A stretch of 64,000 nucleotides of DNA from Escherichia coli (GTDB taxonomy: Bacteria; Pseudomonadota; Gammaproteobacteria; Enterobacterales; Enterobacteriaceae). The notes beneath the pieces are model-generated. The model worked only from the letters and a program-made list of their open reading frames with translations, was not told the DNA's origin and ran no database searches. Made by a program: the position numbers and the translations under genes. Where the stretch lies: NCBI RefSeq assembly GCF_030013595.1, contig NZ_CP122768.1. One strand, given 5' to 3'. Below, piece by piece: positions 1 through 10,562 of the stretch; position 1 is the first letter of the stretch; every line of letters starts with the position of its first letter.

Positions 1-1389
1 CGTGCTCGCATCCTCAAGCGCCACGGCGGACGCAATATCCTCTGCCCGTTTTGCCGCTGTCTCGGCGCGCGTTGCCGCGGATTCCGCCGTACTTTTGCTC
101 TGTGCTGCCGCCGTCGCACTGCCAGCTGCCTCTGTCGCCTTCGTGGATGCTGTCGTGGCGCTGCCCTTCGCTGCGGACGCTTGTCTGGTCGCCTCATCTT
201 TTGAAGCAGACGCCGATGATGCCGATGACGCCGCCGAACTGGCGGACGATGCCGCTGCCGTTTTTGAGGATTCTGCACGGGTTTCCGACGCTTTCGCGTT
301 CGTTTCGGATGTCTTCGCTGCGGAAGCTGACCTCGCTGCTGCCGTGGCCTGCTCAGTGGCTTCGCCAGCCTTCGTTGTGGCTGTTGAAGCGGATGATGCG
401 GCGCTTTCTGCCGATTTTCCGGCGGCGGTGGCACTGGCTGAGGCCTGCCCGGCACTTGTTGACGCGGCACTGGCAGACGACGCAGCCGCTGTTTTTGAGC
501 CTGCCGCAGCTGAGGCGCTCTGTCCCGCTGCCGTCTCAGAAGACCTGGCGTTCGTCTCGGACGTTTTTGCCGCCTTCGCGGAATTTCCTGCCGCCGTTGC
601 CGAGGAAGCTGCGCTACTGGCGCTCAAGGATGCGTTCGTTTCTGATGATTTCGCTGCCTCTTTTGAGGCCGCCGCATCCCGGGCTGAGGTGGCAGCTTCT
701 GACGCCTTTGTGGTCGCTGCGGATGCAGAAGTGGCTGCAGATTTTTGTGACGCTGCCGCATTCGTTTCTGACGTTTTCGCCGCAGCGGCACTGGTGGCCG
801 CCGCGCTTTTTGAGGACTCTGCAGCGGCAGCACTTTTTGATGCTTCAGTGGCCTTTGTTGATGCCGTTCCTGCGCTGGAAGACGCTGACTGAGCCGACGA
901 AGCGGCCTGTCCGGCTGACGTGCTGGCTGCGCGTGCTGAGCCTGCAGCATCAGTCGCATGGGTTGCCGCCTCACGGGCAGATGTGCCGGCATCGCCGGCT
1001 GACTTCTTCGCGGCTGCCGTGTTCTGTGCCACCACGGACGCGTTACGCGCCACCTCTTCCACCATCAGCTCAAAACGGCGCAGTGCCTCCGGACGGGCAT
1101 CATCCTCCGTCATGGCACCGAGAAAATCATTCAGCGTACCGGGTCGGGAATCTTCATACACTGTGATAGTCCCGGCATGTGACGGCGGGAATCCTTCCAC
1201 CAACAGAATAACGCTGTACTGACCGTACTCAACGTCCATACTGTAACGCCCGGCTTCATCCGGATTTTCTGAGGCCAGCGTGTTCACCACCACCGTGGTG
1301 CTGTTACGTTTTGCTTTCAGCTGGATTGTGCAGTTCTGTACCGGTTTTCCTGTGCCGTCTTTCAGTACACCTGAAATCTTTACTGCCAT
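1..1389 (-). CDS. stf: Side tail fibre protein Stf, N-terminal 463 codons (gene runs off the window)
   Basis: My own translation from the ATG at 1389 gives MAVKISGVLKDGTGKPVQNCTIQLKAKRNS..., followed by Ala/Ser-rich repeats. I saw no tta/cta/tca triplet in this frame down to position 1. It is absent from the ORF track because there is no stop in the window. Confidence 0.85.
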   Translation of the reverse strand, partial: MAVKISGVLKDGTGKPVQNCTIQLKAKRNSTTVVVNTLASENPDEAGRYSMDVEYGQYSVILLVEGFPPSHAGTITVYEDSRPGTLNDFLGAMTEDDARPEALRRFELMVEEVARNASVVAQNTAAAKKSAGDAGTSAREAATHATDAAGSARAASTSAGQAASSAQSASSSAGTASTKATEASKSAAAAESSKSAAATSAAAAKTSETNAAASQKSAATSASAATTKASEAATSARDAAASKEAAKSSETNASLSASSAASSATAAGNSAKAAKTSETNARSSETAAGQSASAAAGSKTAAASSASAASTSAGQASASATAAGKSAESAASSASTATTKAGEATEQATAAARSASAAKTSETNAKASETRAESSKTAAASSASSAASSASSASASKDEATRQASAAKGSATTASTKATEAAGSATAAAQSKSTAESAATRAETAAKRAEDIASAVALEDAST

Positions 1390-1400
1390 ATTCACCCCAC

Positions 1401-1427
1401 AAAAAAGCCCGCCTGAACCGGCGGGCT
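1401..1427 (-). terminator. Rho-independent terminator downstream of lom
   Basis: The minus strand reads AGCCCGCC-GGTTCA-GGCGGGCT followed by T6. Confidence 0.7.
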
Positions 1428-1453
1428 GTCATAACACTGTGTTACCTGGCTAA

Positions 1454-2053
1454 TCAGAATTTATAACCGACACCCACGATGAACCCGTCAGTGCGCCAGT
1501 CACCGCTGCCGGAGCCTTCATAAGCGACGTCAACGGCCACGGATTCGGTCGGGTTAAACTGCACGCCAGCTCCCCACGCCAGAGACGTGTTGCTGTGGCG
1601 ACCGTCATCACTTCCGGTCAGCACATCGTGCGTTTTCCCCTTGTTGTCAGTTACGCGGATATAATCTCCGGAGAAAGTCGACACACGGCTGTAAGCCATA
1701 CCCGCCATCGCATACGCGCTGAACCATTCATTCACGCGCACAGACGGCCCCGCCATCACGCTGAACCAGCGGTTACGCACGGAATCTTCATGCCAGCGGG
1801 TATCGCTGTAATGCGTTTTTTGCTCATCTTCAGCGTTGGTATAACTGAATGACGTAATCAGCCCCAGCGTGTCCGTAAACTCATAACGGTATTTCACGTT
1901 AATCCCGTTCAGATTATCGCTGCCGGGAGCGTTCGTACGGGCATGAAGATACCCTGCGCTCAGTGTGGCCTGCTGCTCAGACGCCCATGCAGGCGCACCG
2001 GATACGGCCAGACAGATGGCTGCGGACAAAATGGCTGCACAAACTTTACGCAT
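1454..2053 (-). CDS. lom: Lom/Ail/OmpX-family outer-membrane beta-barrel protein (divergent Lom allele)
   Basis: It has the signal peptide MRKVCAAILSAAICLAVSGAPAWA. The C-terminus AYEGSGSGDWRTDGFIVGVGYKF matches lambda Lom, and the gene sits between J and stf. Confidence 0.85.
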   Translation of the reverse strand: MRKVCAAILSAAICLAVSGAPAWASEQQATLSAGYLHARTNAPGSDNLNGINVKYRYEFTDTLGLITSFSYTNAEDEQKTHYSDTRWHEDSVRNRWFSVMAGPSVRVNEWFSAYAMAGMAYSRVSTFSGDYIRVTDNKGKTHDVLTGSDDGRHSNTSLAWGAGVQFNPTESVAVDVAYEGSGSGDWRTDGFIVGVGYKF

Positions 2054-2120
2054 AATTACCTCTCGCTTTTCTGCAATAAAAAAGGCGCCATTTCTGGCGC
2101 CCGTATATGGGTTATAAAAT

Positions 2121-5100
2121 TCAGCTGATACTGATGCCTGCGGTGGCTTTCTTCATCACCACAACCAGCAAATCGCTGATACTTGCTGTGGGATACCAGT
2201 TATTTACCAGCCATGCTGACACCGAAAACTCCAGTGTCATGTGACCGTGACCGGCAGGCATATCAATAACACCACTGTAAATCAGCGTATTATCCAGCGC
2301 GGTACGGTTATAAATTTCAGCACCGTTTTTCCGTACTATCAGACGGCATGAGGAGTAAATATCAGTATGCTCTTTCTCATGTTTAGCGCCGCTGAATGCC
2401 ACCGCCGGAATAACAATCTGCCGGTCAAACGGCTGATCGTCATAAACCCTGACGGTGATGGTCCCTGATGGCCACCGTTCCGGTGCACGGGAGTCCCGGG
2501 GGAAAGCTTTGCCCACTGTTTTAACGAGATCGCCTTCAATCTGGTTCGCGGACAGTTTTCCCAGAACCCGACAGTTCTCGTTAATCGTGACGTTGTTGAG
2601 CGTCCCGGAGTTCGCATTCACGTTACCGCTGATATCGGCATTTTTCGCCGTCAGCCGCCCGTCCGGTGTCAGGGAAAATGCCGGTGGATTTCCGCCGCTG
2701 GTAATGGTGGGAGCCGTCAGGCGTTTCAGGAACACGTCGTTCATGAATATCTGATCGCCCTGACCAACAAACATCGGCTTTGTGTTGCCATTCGCAGGAT
2801 TAATCATCGCAATCCGGTCAGCAGCCAGAAGCACCTGACTCTGCATACCTGCTGGCGTATTCTCAATACCGGCTCCGATACCCGCAATATAAAGGCGTCC
2901 GTCCTTCATCTGCTGCAGTTTCACGGCCCACATGCTGTTCAGGTTATTATTTGTATCAACCTGAACTTTCTGTATCTGCTGGATTGCCGCGCTCTGATTT
3001 TCCAGTTTCTTATTGACGGTCTGTGTGATTTCATTGCTGACATCCGTAATGGACGTCCTGATTTCAGCCAGGTCAGGCGCAAGCTGATCGTTATCAATCT
3101 GCGTCCACAGCTCCTGAGCCAGATGGGTTTTCCCTATCTCGCCTTTGAAAAAATCCAGATAGCCGGATGCGTCATCACTCGGCTGACCGACAGCCTCCAC
3201 GAATGCCGATTTGCCAACAGTGTTCACACTGCGAACGTAAAAATAATAATCATGGCCCGGCTTAATATTGATACTGGCAGCTATCCAGTACAGCGCCGTA
3301 CCAAGATAGCGCGCTGTGGTTTCAACCTGCCTGATATCCGCAATCCGCTTTTCCGAGAACCAGAACTCAAACTGTACCGTCGGATCATAAACGGCAAGAT
3401 GCGGCGTGGCGGTTATCTGAAAATAGCCCGGCGTCAGCTCAATCCGCGACGGTGCTGCCGGTGCGGCAATCCGGAACGATACCGATGCCGGATCGCCCTG
3501 CTGTCCCCACGCATTTACCGCCCGGACTGTCAGCCTGTAGTTCCCCAGCGCCAGCTGCCTGAAGCGGTATGTGGTTTCCGTCGTCCGGGCCGTGCTGACC
3601 AGCCGCTCACTGCCGTCATCGGCGGCCACGGTCAGGCGAAGCATAAAGCTCACACCCTTCACCACCTTCGGCGTGTCCCAGCGCGCCAGCACCTGATACT
3701 CCCCACTGTCTGCGGTGACTTCTGCGGTCAGGTGCTGCACCGCTGGCGGCGTGACACCATTCACCGTGCCGCTCTGGTCGCCGTCAAAGTGCGCCCCGTT
3801 ATCCACGATGGCTTCTTTCTCCGGTACATGCTGCACGGCAGTGATGGCATACGTGCCGTCATCGTTCTCACGGATACTCACACAGCGGAACAGGCGCTGG
3901 CGCAACGTCGGCAGCTTCAGCCCCCACACGCTGTATTCTGCAACGCCGTCAGGAACACGGCTCACTTTCACCTTCACACCGTCGGTGACGGACTGAACCT
4001 CCACGCTGACCGGATTGCCACTTCCGTCAACCAGGCTTATCAGCGTGGTACCGGAGGATGGCAGCGTGATTTCACGGTCGAGCGTCAGCGTCCGGGTCTG
4101 GCTGTTCACCGCCAGCACGCGCCCGCCGGTGCTGATACCGGCATAGTCATCATCGCAGATTTCAATGACATCGCCCGGCACATGGCGAAGCCCTTCTGCG
4201 CCCACGCTGAAATCCACGGTCTGCGTTTCCAGCAGTTCCGTTTTAATCAGCCACAGCCCGGCGCGGTGTGCCTGCCCCCGGCTGGTACAGCCAAAGGCAT
4301 CCATCTTCGTAACATTACGACCGTAACGGGCAATGGCCTGCGTATCTTCAACAAGCTCTGTCGCCGTCTCCCAGCCGTTATCCGGGTCAATCCAGTTCAC
4401 CTCAACGGCATTATGGCGGTCCTTCAGGGCGCTGAAGCTGTAGCGGAACGGCGCGCCATCATCCGGCATCACCACATTACTGCGGTTATAGGTCCACACC
4501 TTATCCGACGGTCGGTCCTGCACGAACGTCAGCGTCTGCCCGTTCCATACCGGCATACAGCGCATCGCCGAGCAGAAATCGCTGAGCACATCCCACGCCT
4601 TACGTTGTGTGGTCAGCCAGGCATTACAGGTGATGCGCGGCTCCGTGCCGCCAAAACCGTCCGGCACCGACTGGTCGCAGTACTGGCCGATGACATACAG
4701 CGCCCATTTATCCACATCTGCCGCACCAAGACGTTTCCCCATGCCGTAGCGCGGATGGGTCAGCATATCCCACAGACACCAGGCCATGTTGTTGCTGTAT
4801 GCTGGCTTAAACGTTCCATCCCAGATACCGCTGTATTGCCGCGTCTGCGGGTTATAGTTCGACGGCACCTGCAGAATGCGCCCGCGCAGATGATAATTAC
4901 GGCTCACCTGCTGGCTGCCGAACTGCTCCGAGTCCACCTGCACGCCGACCAGTGCCGTGTTCGGGTAGCACTGTTTCACATCTATAATTTCGGTGTATGA
5001 CGACCAGAGCGTTTTGTTCTGCAGCTGGTCTGTGGTGCTGTCCGGCGTCATCCTGCGCATCCGGATACTGAACGGGCGCGGCGGCAGGTTATCCACCACC

Positions 5101-5600
5101 ACCGAGGCCAGATACTGCGAGGTGGTTTTGCCCTTAATGGTGATGTCTTTTTCCGTCACCCAGCCACCGTTACGTTGTATCTGAACCAGCAGGCGGACTT
5201 CCGATGGATTCCTGTCACCCTTTGAGGTGGTTTCCACCAGTGCCTGCACACCGAAGGTAAAGCGCAGTCGGTCGATGTTTGCCGACGTGATGGCGCGGGT
5301 GATCGGCGTGTCGTATTTCACTTCCGTACCCAGCACCGTCTCGGAGCCGGAGGATTCAAATCCCTCCGGCGGAGTCTGCTCCTGCTCACCAGCCCGGAAC
5401 ACCACCGTGACACCGGCGATGTTGGTATTCCCCTCACTGTCCAGCACCGGCGTACTGTTCAGCAGCACGCTTTTTAATCCATCCACCGGACCTTCAATCG
5501 GCCCTTCACTGATGGCATCAATCACACTCAGCAACTGCGTGGATTTCAGGTTGTCCTTCGCTTCGCGCGGGGTATGCCCCTTACTGCTGCCTTTACCCAT
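2121..5600 (-). CDS. J: Tail tip / host-specificity protein J
   Basis: 1159 aa, starting [42 protein letters not shown]... and ending ...[17 protein letters not shown], lambda J-like. Position after I. Confidence 0.95.
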   Translation of the reverse strand: MGKGSSKGHTPREAKDNLKSTQLLSVIDAISEGPIEGPVDGLKSVLLNSTPVLDSEGNTNIAGVTVVFRAGEQEQTPPEGFESSGSETVLGTEVKYDTPITRAITSANIDRLRFTFGVQALVETTSKGDRNPSEVRLLVQIQRNGGWVTEKDITIKGKTTSQYLASVVVDNLPPRPFSIRMRRMTPDSTTDQLQNKTLWSSYTEIIDVKQCYPNTALVGVQVDSEQFGSQQVSRNYHLRGRILQVPSNYNPQTRQYSGIWDGTFKPAYSNNMAWCLWDMLTHPRYGMGKRLGAADVDKWALYVIGQYCDQSVPDGFGGTEPRITCNAWLTTQRKAWDVLSDFCSAMRCMPVWNGQTLTFVQDRPSDKVWTYNRSNVVMPDDGAPFRYSFSALKDRHNAVEVNWIDPDNGWETATELVEDTQAIARYGRNVTKMDAFGCTSRGQAHRAGLWLIKTELLETQTVDFSVGAEGLRHVPGDVIEICDDDYAGISTGGRVLAVNSQTRTLTLDREITLPSSGTTLISLVDGSGNPVSVEVQSVTDGVKVKVSRVPDGVAEYSVWGLKLPTLRQRLFRCVSIRENDDGTYAITAVQHVPEKEAIVDNGAHFDGDQSGTVNGVTPPAVQHLTAEVTADSGEYQVLARWDTPKVVKGVSFMLRLTVAADDGSERLVSTARTTETTYRFRQLALGNYRLTVRAVNAWGQQGDPASVSFRIAAPAAPSRIELTPGYFQITATPHLAVYDPTVQFEFWFSEKRIADIRQVETTARYLGTALYWIAASINIKPGHDYYFYVRSVNTVGKSAFVEAVGQPSDDASGYLDFFKGEIGKTHLAQELWTQIDNDQLAPDLAEIRTSITDVSNEITQTVNKKLENQSAAIQQIQKVQVDTNNNLNSMWAVKLQQMKDGRLYIAGIGAGIENTPAGMQSQVLLAADRIAMINPANGNTKPMFVGQGDQIFMNDVFLKRLTAPTITSGGNPPAFSLTPDGRLTAKNADISGNVNANSGTLNNVTINENCRVLGKLSANQIEGDLVKTVGKAFPRDSRAPERWPSGTITVRVYDDQPFDRQIVIPAVAFSGAKHEKEHTDIYSSCRLIVRKNGAEIYNRTALDNTLIYSGVIDMPAGHGHMTLEFSVSAWLVNNWYPTASISDLLVVVMKKATAGISIS

Positions 5601-5660
5601 TCGTCACGCTCCATAAACGACAAAACCGCCCGCAGGCGGTTTCACATAAAACATTTTTCA

Positions 5661-6331
5661 TCAGCGACCAATCACCACAACCTGACCACCATCACCTTCA
5701 TCTGCTGTGCTGATCTCCTGAGATACCACCCGCGACCCCACACGCATTTCACCGTACAGAACGGGCAGGACATTGCCCTGGGCAACCATATTATCCAGTG
5801 AAGAAAAATAGGTGTTCTGTTTGCCGTTATCCGTTGTCTGTGTGCGGGGGTTTTGGGTTTAGGGGCCAGCATCTGCGCCACACCACCGAGCACCATACTG
5901 GCACCGAGAGAAAACAGGATACCGGTCATACCACCGGCCCCAATGGCTGCCCCCCATGCTGCAAGGGTGGCTCCGGCAGTAAAGAATGATCCGGCAATGG
6001 CGGCAGCCCCCAGAACAATCTGGAATACGCCCCCTGACTTGGCCCCGGCGACTCTGGGAACAATATGAATCACAGCGCCGTCAGGCAGAGTCTCATGTAA
6101 CTGCGCCGTTAACCCGGACGTGCTGACGTCCCGCCCGGCAATCCGTACCTGATACCAGCCGTCGCTCAGTTTCTGACGAAACGCCGGGAGCTGTGTGGCC
6201 AGTGCGCGGATGGCTTCAGCCCCCGTTTTCACACGAAGGTCGATGCGGCGGCCAAATCGTTGCAAATCCCCGTAAAGGCAGATGCGTGCCATTCCCGGTG
6301 ACGCCAGAGGGAGTGTGTGCGTCGCTGCCAT
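5661..6331 (-). pseudogene. I: Tail assembly protein I with apparent frameshift in an A4C5 tract (5846-5854)
   Basis: The N-terminal roughly 160 aa match lambda I (MAATHTLPLASPGMARICLYGDLQRFGRR...). After APKPKTP the listed frame becomes W/C/R-rich. The other frame (5661-5858) encodes QTTDNGKQNTYFSSLDNMVAQGNVLPVLYGEMRVGSRVVSQEISTADEGDGGQVVVIGR, which I recall as the lambda I C-terminus. Confidence 0.6.
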
Positions 6332-6972
6332 TTGTCGGTGTACCTCTCTCGTTTGCTCAGTTGTTCAGGAATATGGTGCAGCAGCTCGCTGTCACCACAG
6401 TAAATGGCGGCATGATTCGGCACCGATGAACCAAAACAGCACAGCAGCACATCGCCCGGCTGCGCCGCTGACAACGGCACCTGATACAGCCCTGTGGCCT
6501 CCAGATTATCCAGATAGAGATTCTGACCGTTACGCCACCAGTCATCCTCGCGATGAAAATCCGGCATCTCAATCCCCGCCAGATGGTAAGCATCCCGGAA
6601 CAGCGTGTAACAGTCCGTCACCCCGTGCTCAAAGCGCCGCCCGGTGAGATGCGGCACACAGCGGAACTTGTGAATCGCCCCCCGGCAGACCAGCCACCAC
6701 GGCAAATCACTCTGCACCTGCAGCCGCCGGTCAGCCTCACTCAGCCAGGGCAGACCACCGGGATGACTGTGGACCAGTGCCACAATCTCACCCTGCATCT
6801 CTGCCTGCAGCCAGTCCTCCGGAGCCATCCGGAAATAATCCTCCGGCTCACCGGAAATATTCACGCAGGGAAAATATCTTTCCCCCTCCGGCGCTCTCAC
6901 CACGAAGCCGCACGACTCCGCTGGCGCACATCGCCGGGCGTGCGCCAGAATCGCTGATTCTGTCTCTGTCAT
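6229..6972 (-). CDS. K: Tail assembly protein K (NlpC/P60 plus JAB-like)
   Basis: The start is refined to MTETESAILAHARRCAPAESCGF..., 4 nt after the L stop. Lambda K-like. Confidence 0.9.
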   Translation of the reverse strand: MTETESAILAHARRCAPAESCGFVVRAPEGERYFPCVNISGEPEDYFRMAPEDWLQAEMQGEIVALVHSHPGGLPWLSEADRRLQVQSDLPWWLVCRGAIHKFRCVPHLTGRRFEHGVTDCYTLFRDAYHLAGIEMPDFHREDDWWRNGQNLYLDNLEATGLYQVPLSAAQPGDVLLCCFGSSVPNHAAIYCGDSELLHHIPEQLSKRERYTDKWQRRTHSLWRHREWHASAFTGICNDLAAASTFV

Positions 6973-6976
6973 GGGA

Positions 6977-7675
6977 TTACTGCGAAAGTTTGTTAATGGA
7001 AAGGAAGCCGCCAAAGTTGCCGACGTTATTGCGAAACTTACAGCCGCTCAGGCATTTGCTGCATTTATCCTTCGTGATATCGGACGTCGGCTGGTCATAT
7101 TCATCCGCGACTGCCGGACCGTGATAACCGCACTCATCACCGCGATAGGTCCAGGTGCAGGTGTTGGCCAGCATGATACGTCCCGGAAAAACAGCGCCAT
7201 CCGTTTCCGTCGGCGTGGACAGTACAAAGGAGGCACTCACCGCGCTCAGTTCGCTGCACTGCTCGATGCGCCAGCGGCTGATCACCTCCTGCTCCGGATC
7301 GGCGTCACTGTTTCCGTTGACGAAGTTCACCGCATCCAGAAAACGGGCGTAAACCTTACGCCGGACCACCGTTCCGCCGACCAGACTCTGCAGATCTTCC
7401 GCCATCCCGGTGACCATACCGTACAGGTTAGAAACCGTCAGCGTGGGGCGCGTACTGGTGCCTTTGCCATTCAGTTCAAAACCACTCCCCTGAATGGGAT
7501 ACGGCTGATACTGTCGCCCCTGCCAGGTGACCGGCACACCTTTTTCGTTCTGCTCATTACAGAAAAAATAACGTTCTCCACCGACCTCTGTCAGGTCGAT
7601 TTCCCAGAGCACCACGCTGGCCGACTGCTCCGCACGGGTGCATTCATTCAGTGTTTCCTGCCGGATATCCTGCAT
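6977..7675 (-). CDS. L: Minor tail protein L
   Basis: 232 aa, MQDIRQETLNECTRAEQSASVVLWEIDLTEVGGERYFFCNEQNEKG..., the same length as lambda L. Confidence 0.95.
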   Translation of the reverse strand: MQDIRQETLNECTRAEQSASVVLWEIDLTEVGGERYFFCNEQNEKGVPVTWQGRQYQPYPIQGSGFELNGKGTSTRPTLTVSNLYGMVTGMAEDLQSLVGGTVVRRKVYARFLDAVNFVNGNSDADPEQEVISRWRIEQCSELSAVSASFVLSTPTETDGAVFPGRIMLANTCTWTYRGDECGYHGPAVADEYDQPTSDITKDKCSKCLSGCKFRNNVGNFGGFLSINKLSQ

Positions 7676-8004
7676 CAGTTCACCACCTGTTCAAACTCTG
7701 CGCTGAACTCAACACGCAGCATACTGACCCGCGACGACCATTTTGCGCAGGTCACCTTTATCTGCCGCCACTCATAAGGCGGCGTCCACAGAAAGGCTTT
7801 CCAGCCCCCGTGCTCTTCCAGAAACGACTCCAGTACCGTGGCCTCCTCACGGGGGACAGAAAGCGTCACGCTGTACGTTTTCAGGTTGGCATTCAGCCCG
7901 GCAGGCGCTCGCTGGGAATAGCCATCACCAAAGCGCACCTTTCTTACAGAAGGGGCCGAAGCCACATCCATACCGGGTTTCACTTTCCAGCGGAAGGTTT
8001 TCAT
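7675..8004 (-). CDS. M: Minor tail protein M
   Basis: 109 aa, MKTFRWKVKPGMDVASAPSVRKVRFGDGYSQ..., with lambda order H-M-L. Confidence 0.95.
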   Translation of the reverse strand: MKTFRWKVKPGMDVASAPSVRKVRFGDGYSQRAPAGLNANLKTYSVTLSVPREEATVLESFLEEHGGWKAFLWTPPYEWRQIKVTCAKWSSRVSMLRVEFSAEFEQVVN

Positions 8005-10562
8005 CGTCCACCTCCGGAGAACAGTCCACCATCACGCATCTGTGTCTGAATTTCATCACGGGCACCCTTGCGGGCCATGTCATACACCGCCTTCAGAGCA
8101 GCCGGACCTATCTGCCCGTTCGTGCCGTCGTTGTTAATCACCACATGGTTATTCTGCTCAAACGTCCCGGACGCCTGCGACCGGCTGTCAGCCAGACTGC
8201 CCGGTGTACCGACATAACCACCGGTGGCATAGCCGCGCATCAGCCGGTAGAGATTCCCCACGCCAATCCGGCTGGTTGCCTCCTTTGTGAAGACAAATTC
8301 ACCACGGTGAACAATCCCCGCTGGCTCATATTTGCCGCCGGTTCCCGTAAATCCTCCGGTTGCAAAATGGAATTTCGCCGCAGCGGCCTGAATGGCTGTA
8401 CCGCCTGACGCGGATGCGCCGCCACCAACAGCCCCGCCAATAGCGCTGCCGATACTCCCGACAATCCCCACCATTGCCTGCTTAAGCAGAATTTCTGTCA
8501 TCATGGACAGCACGGAACGGGTGAAGCTGCGCCAGTTCTGCTCACTGCCGGTCAGCATCGCCGCCATATTCTGTGCAATACCATCAAAGGTCTGCGTGGC
8601 TGCACTTTTTACCTGCGACATACTGTCCGTGGCGCTCTCTTCCCACTCACTCCAGCCGGACTTCAGGCCTGCCATCCAGCTCCCGCGAAGCTGGTCTTCA
8701 GCCGCCCAGGTCTTTTTCTGCTCTGACATGACGTTATTCAGCGCCAGCGGATTATCGCCATACTGTTCCTTCAGGCGCTGTTCCGTGGCTTCCCGTTCTG
8801 CCTGCCGGTCAGTCAGCCCCCGGCTTTTCGCATCAATGGCGGCCCGTTTTGCCCGTTGCTGCTGTGCGAATTTATCCGCCTGCTGCGCCAGCGCGTTCAG
8901 GCGCTCCTGATACGTAACCTTGTCGCCAAGTGCAGCCAGCTGGAGTTTGTACTCCAGCGTCTCATCTTTATGCGCCAGCAGGGATTTCTCCTGTGCAGAC
9001 AGCTGGCGACGTTGCGCCGCCTCCTCCAGTACCGCGAACTGACTCTCCGCCTTCCACAAATCCCGGCGCTGCTGGCTGATTTTCTCATTTGCTCCGGCAT
9101 GCTTCTCCAGCGTCCGGAGTTCAGCCTGAAGCGTCAGCAGGGCAGCATGAGCACTGTCTTCCTGACGATCGCCCGCAGACACCTTCACGCCGGACTGTTT
9201 CGGCTTTTTCAGCGTCGCTTCATAGTCCTTTTTCGCCGCCGCCATCAGCGTGTTGTAATCTGCCTGCAGAATTTTCCCGTCCTTCAGTGCCTTGTTCAGT
9301 TCTTCCTGACGGGCGGTATATTTCTCCAGCGGCGTCTGCAGCCGTTCGTAAGCTTTCTGCGCCTCTTCGGTATATTTCAGCCGTGACGCTTCAGTATCGC
9401 TCTGCTGCTGCGCATTTTTGTCCTGTTGACTCTGCTGTTCAGCCTTCTTTCTCGCGGCTTCAAGCGCAAGACGGGCCTTTTCACGATCATCCCAGTAACG
9501 CGCCCGCGCTTCATCGTTAACAAAATAATCATCCTTGCGCAGACTCCAGATGTCGTCCGCTTTCTTAAACGCAGCCTCTGCCTTAATCAGCATCTCCTGA
9601 GCGGTATCAGGACGACCAATATCCAGCACCGCATCCCACATGGATTTGAATGCCCGCGCTGTCCTGTCTGCCCAGGTCTCCAGCGTACCCATGTTCTCTT
9701 TCAGGCGGCGGGTCTGGTCATCAAACCCTTTCGTCGCGGCCTCGTTCGCCGCCTGCAATGCCCCGGCTTCATCGCCGGAACGCTGCAACTGAGCAACATA
9801 CGCAATCTGCTCCGCCGTCACGTTATGGAACTGGCGTGCCATCGCTGTCAGCCCTGACGTCGGGTCTGTGGTCAGCTTCCCGAAGGCTTCAGCGACCTTG
9901 TCCACCTCCACGCCGGATGCAGAGGAGAAACGCGCCACACTCTGGCTGATGGATGCAATCTGAGCCTCACCGCTTACTCCCGCCTTAACCAGTGCGCTGA
10001 GTGACTCGCTGGTCTGGTTAAACGTCAGCCCTGCCGCCTGCCCGGCTCTGGACAGGACCAGCATACGATCTGCCGTCAGACCCGACTGATTGCCGGAAAG
10101 GACCAGCGTTTTGTTGAAATCGGACAGGGTTGAGTTGCCCTGATACCAGGCATACGCCAGCGCACCGGTCGCCACCGCCAGCGAGGTGGCCCCGACCATC
10201 GGCAGGGTGATCGCACCGGCAAGCCCCCTGAACATGGGGATCATCCCGCCGAAGGAGTCCTTCACCTGACCACCCTGTTGCAGCAGGATCAGCCACGGAC
10301 TTTGCCCGCCTGCAAGCTGCGTGGCCACGTCGGTGAACTGCGCAGGCAGCATACGCATGGCAGCTTTATACTGCCCGACGGAAATCCCCGCTTTCTGTGC
10401 AGCCAGCGCCTGTCGGCTCAGCGACTGTTCAACGACTGCCGCTGTTTTTTTCGCATCACTTTCCGTACCGGAAAAATGACGCCTGACTCTGGCCATCTGC
10501 TCGTCAAATCTGGCCGCATCCAGACTTAAATCAACGACCAGATCGCCTACCGGTTCAGCCAT
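8001..10562 (-). CDS. H: Tail tape-measure protein H
   Basis: 853 aa, coiled-coil rich, the same length as lambda H. Position after G/T. Confidence 0.95.
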   Translation of the reverse strand: MAEPVGDLVVDLSLDAARFDEQMARVRRHFSGTESDAKKTAAVVEQSLSRQALAAQKAGISVGQYKAAMRMLPAQFTDVATQLAGGQSPWLILLQQGGQVKDSFGGMIPMFRGLAGAITLPMVGATSLAVATGALAYAWYQGNSTLSDFNKTLVLSGNQSGLTADRMLVLSRAGQAAGLTFNQTSESLSALVKAGVSGEAQIASISQSVARFSSASGVEVDKVAEAFGKLTTDPTSGLTAMARQFHNVTAEQIAYVAQLQRSGDEAGALQAANEAATKGFDDQTRRLKENMGTLETWADRTARAFKSMWDAVLDIGRPDTAQEMLIKAEAAFKKADDIWSLRKDDYFVNDEARARYWDDREKARLALEAARKKAEQQSQQDKNAQQQSDTEASRLKYTEEAQKAYERLQTPLEKYTARQEELNKALKDGKILQADYNTLMAAAKKDYEATLKKPKQSGVKVSAGDRQEDSAHAALLTLQAELRTLEKHAGANEKISQQRRDLWKAESQFAVLEEAAQRRQLSAQEKSLLAHKDETLEYKLQLAALGDKVTYQERLNALAQQADKFAQQQRAKRAAIDAKSRGLTDRQAEREATEQRLKEQYGDNPLALNNVMSEQKKTWAAEDQLRGSWMAGLKSGWSEWEESATDSMSQVKSAATQTFDGIAQNMAAMLTGSEQNWRSFTRSVLSMMTEILLKQAMVGIVGSIGSAIGGAVGGGASASGGTAIQAAAAKFHFATGGFTGTGGKYEPAGIVHRGEFVFTKEATSRIGVGNLYRLMRGYATGGYVGTPGSLADSRSQASGTFEQNNHVVINNDGTNGQIGPAALKAVYDMARKGARDEIQTQMRDGGLFSGGGR

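Noticed and set aside
2-1222. Long Ala-rich and Arg/Pro-rich plus-strand ORFs (2-892, 51-1166, 920-1222) that look like exotic low-complexity proteins
   Set aside because: They are antisense or off-frame shadows of the GC-rich, Ala/Ser-repeat region of stf on the minus strand. The stf translation matches lambda Stf from its ATG at 1389.
3123-5000. 625-aa plus-strand ORF
   Set aside because: It lies entirely antisense to J. Its composition is Arg/His/Cys-rich and unlike a real protein, whereas the J frame is lambda-like throughout.
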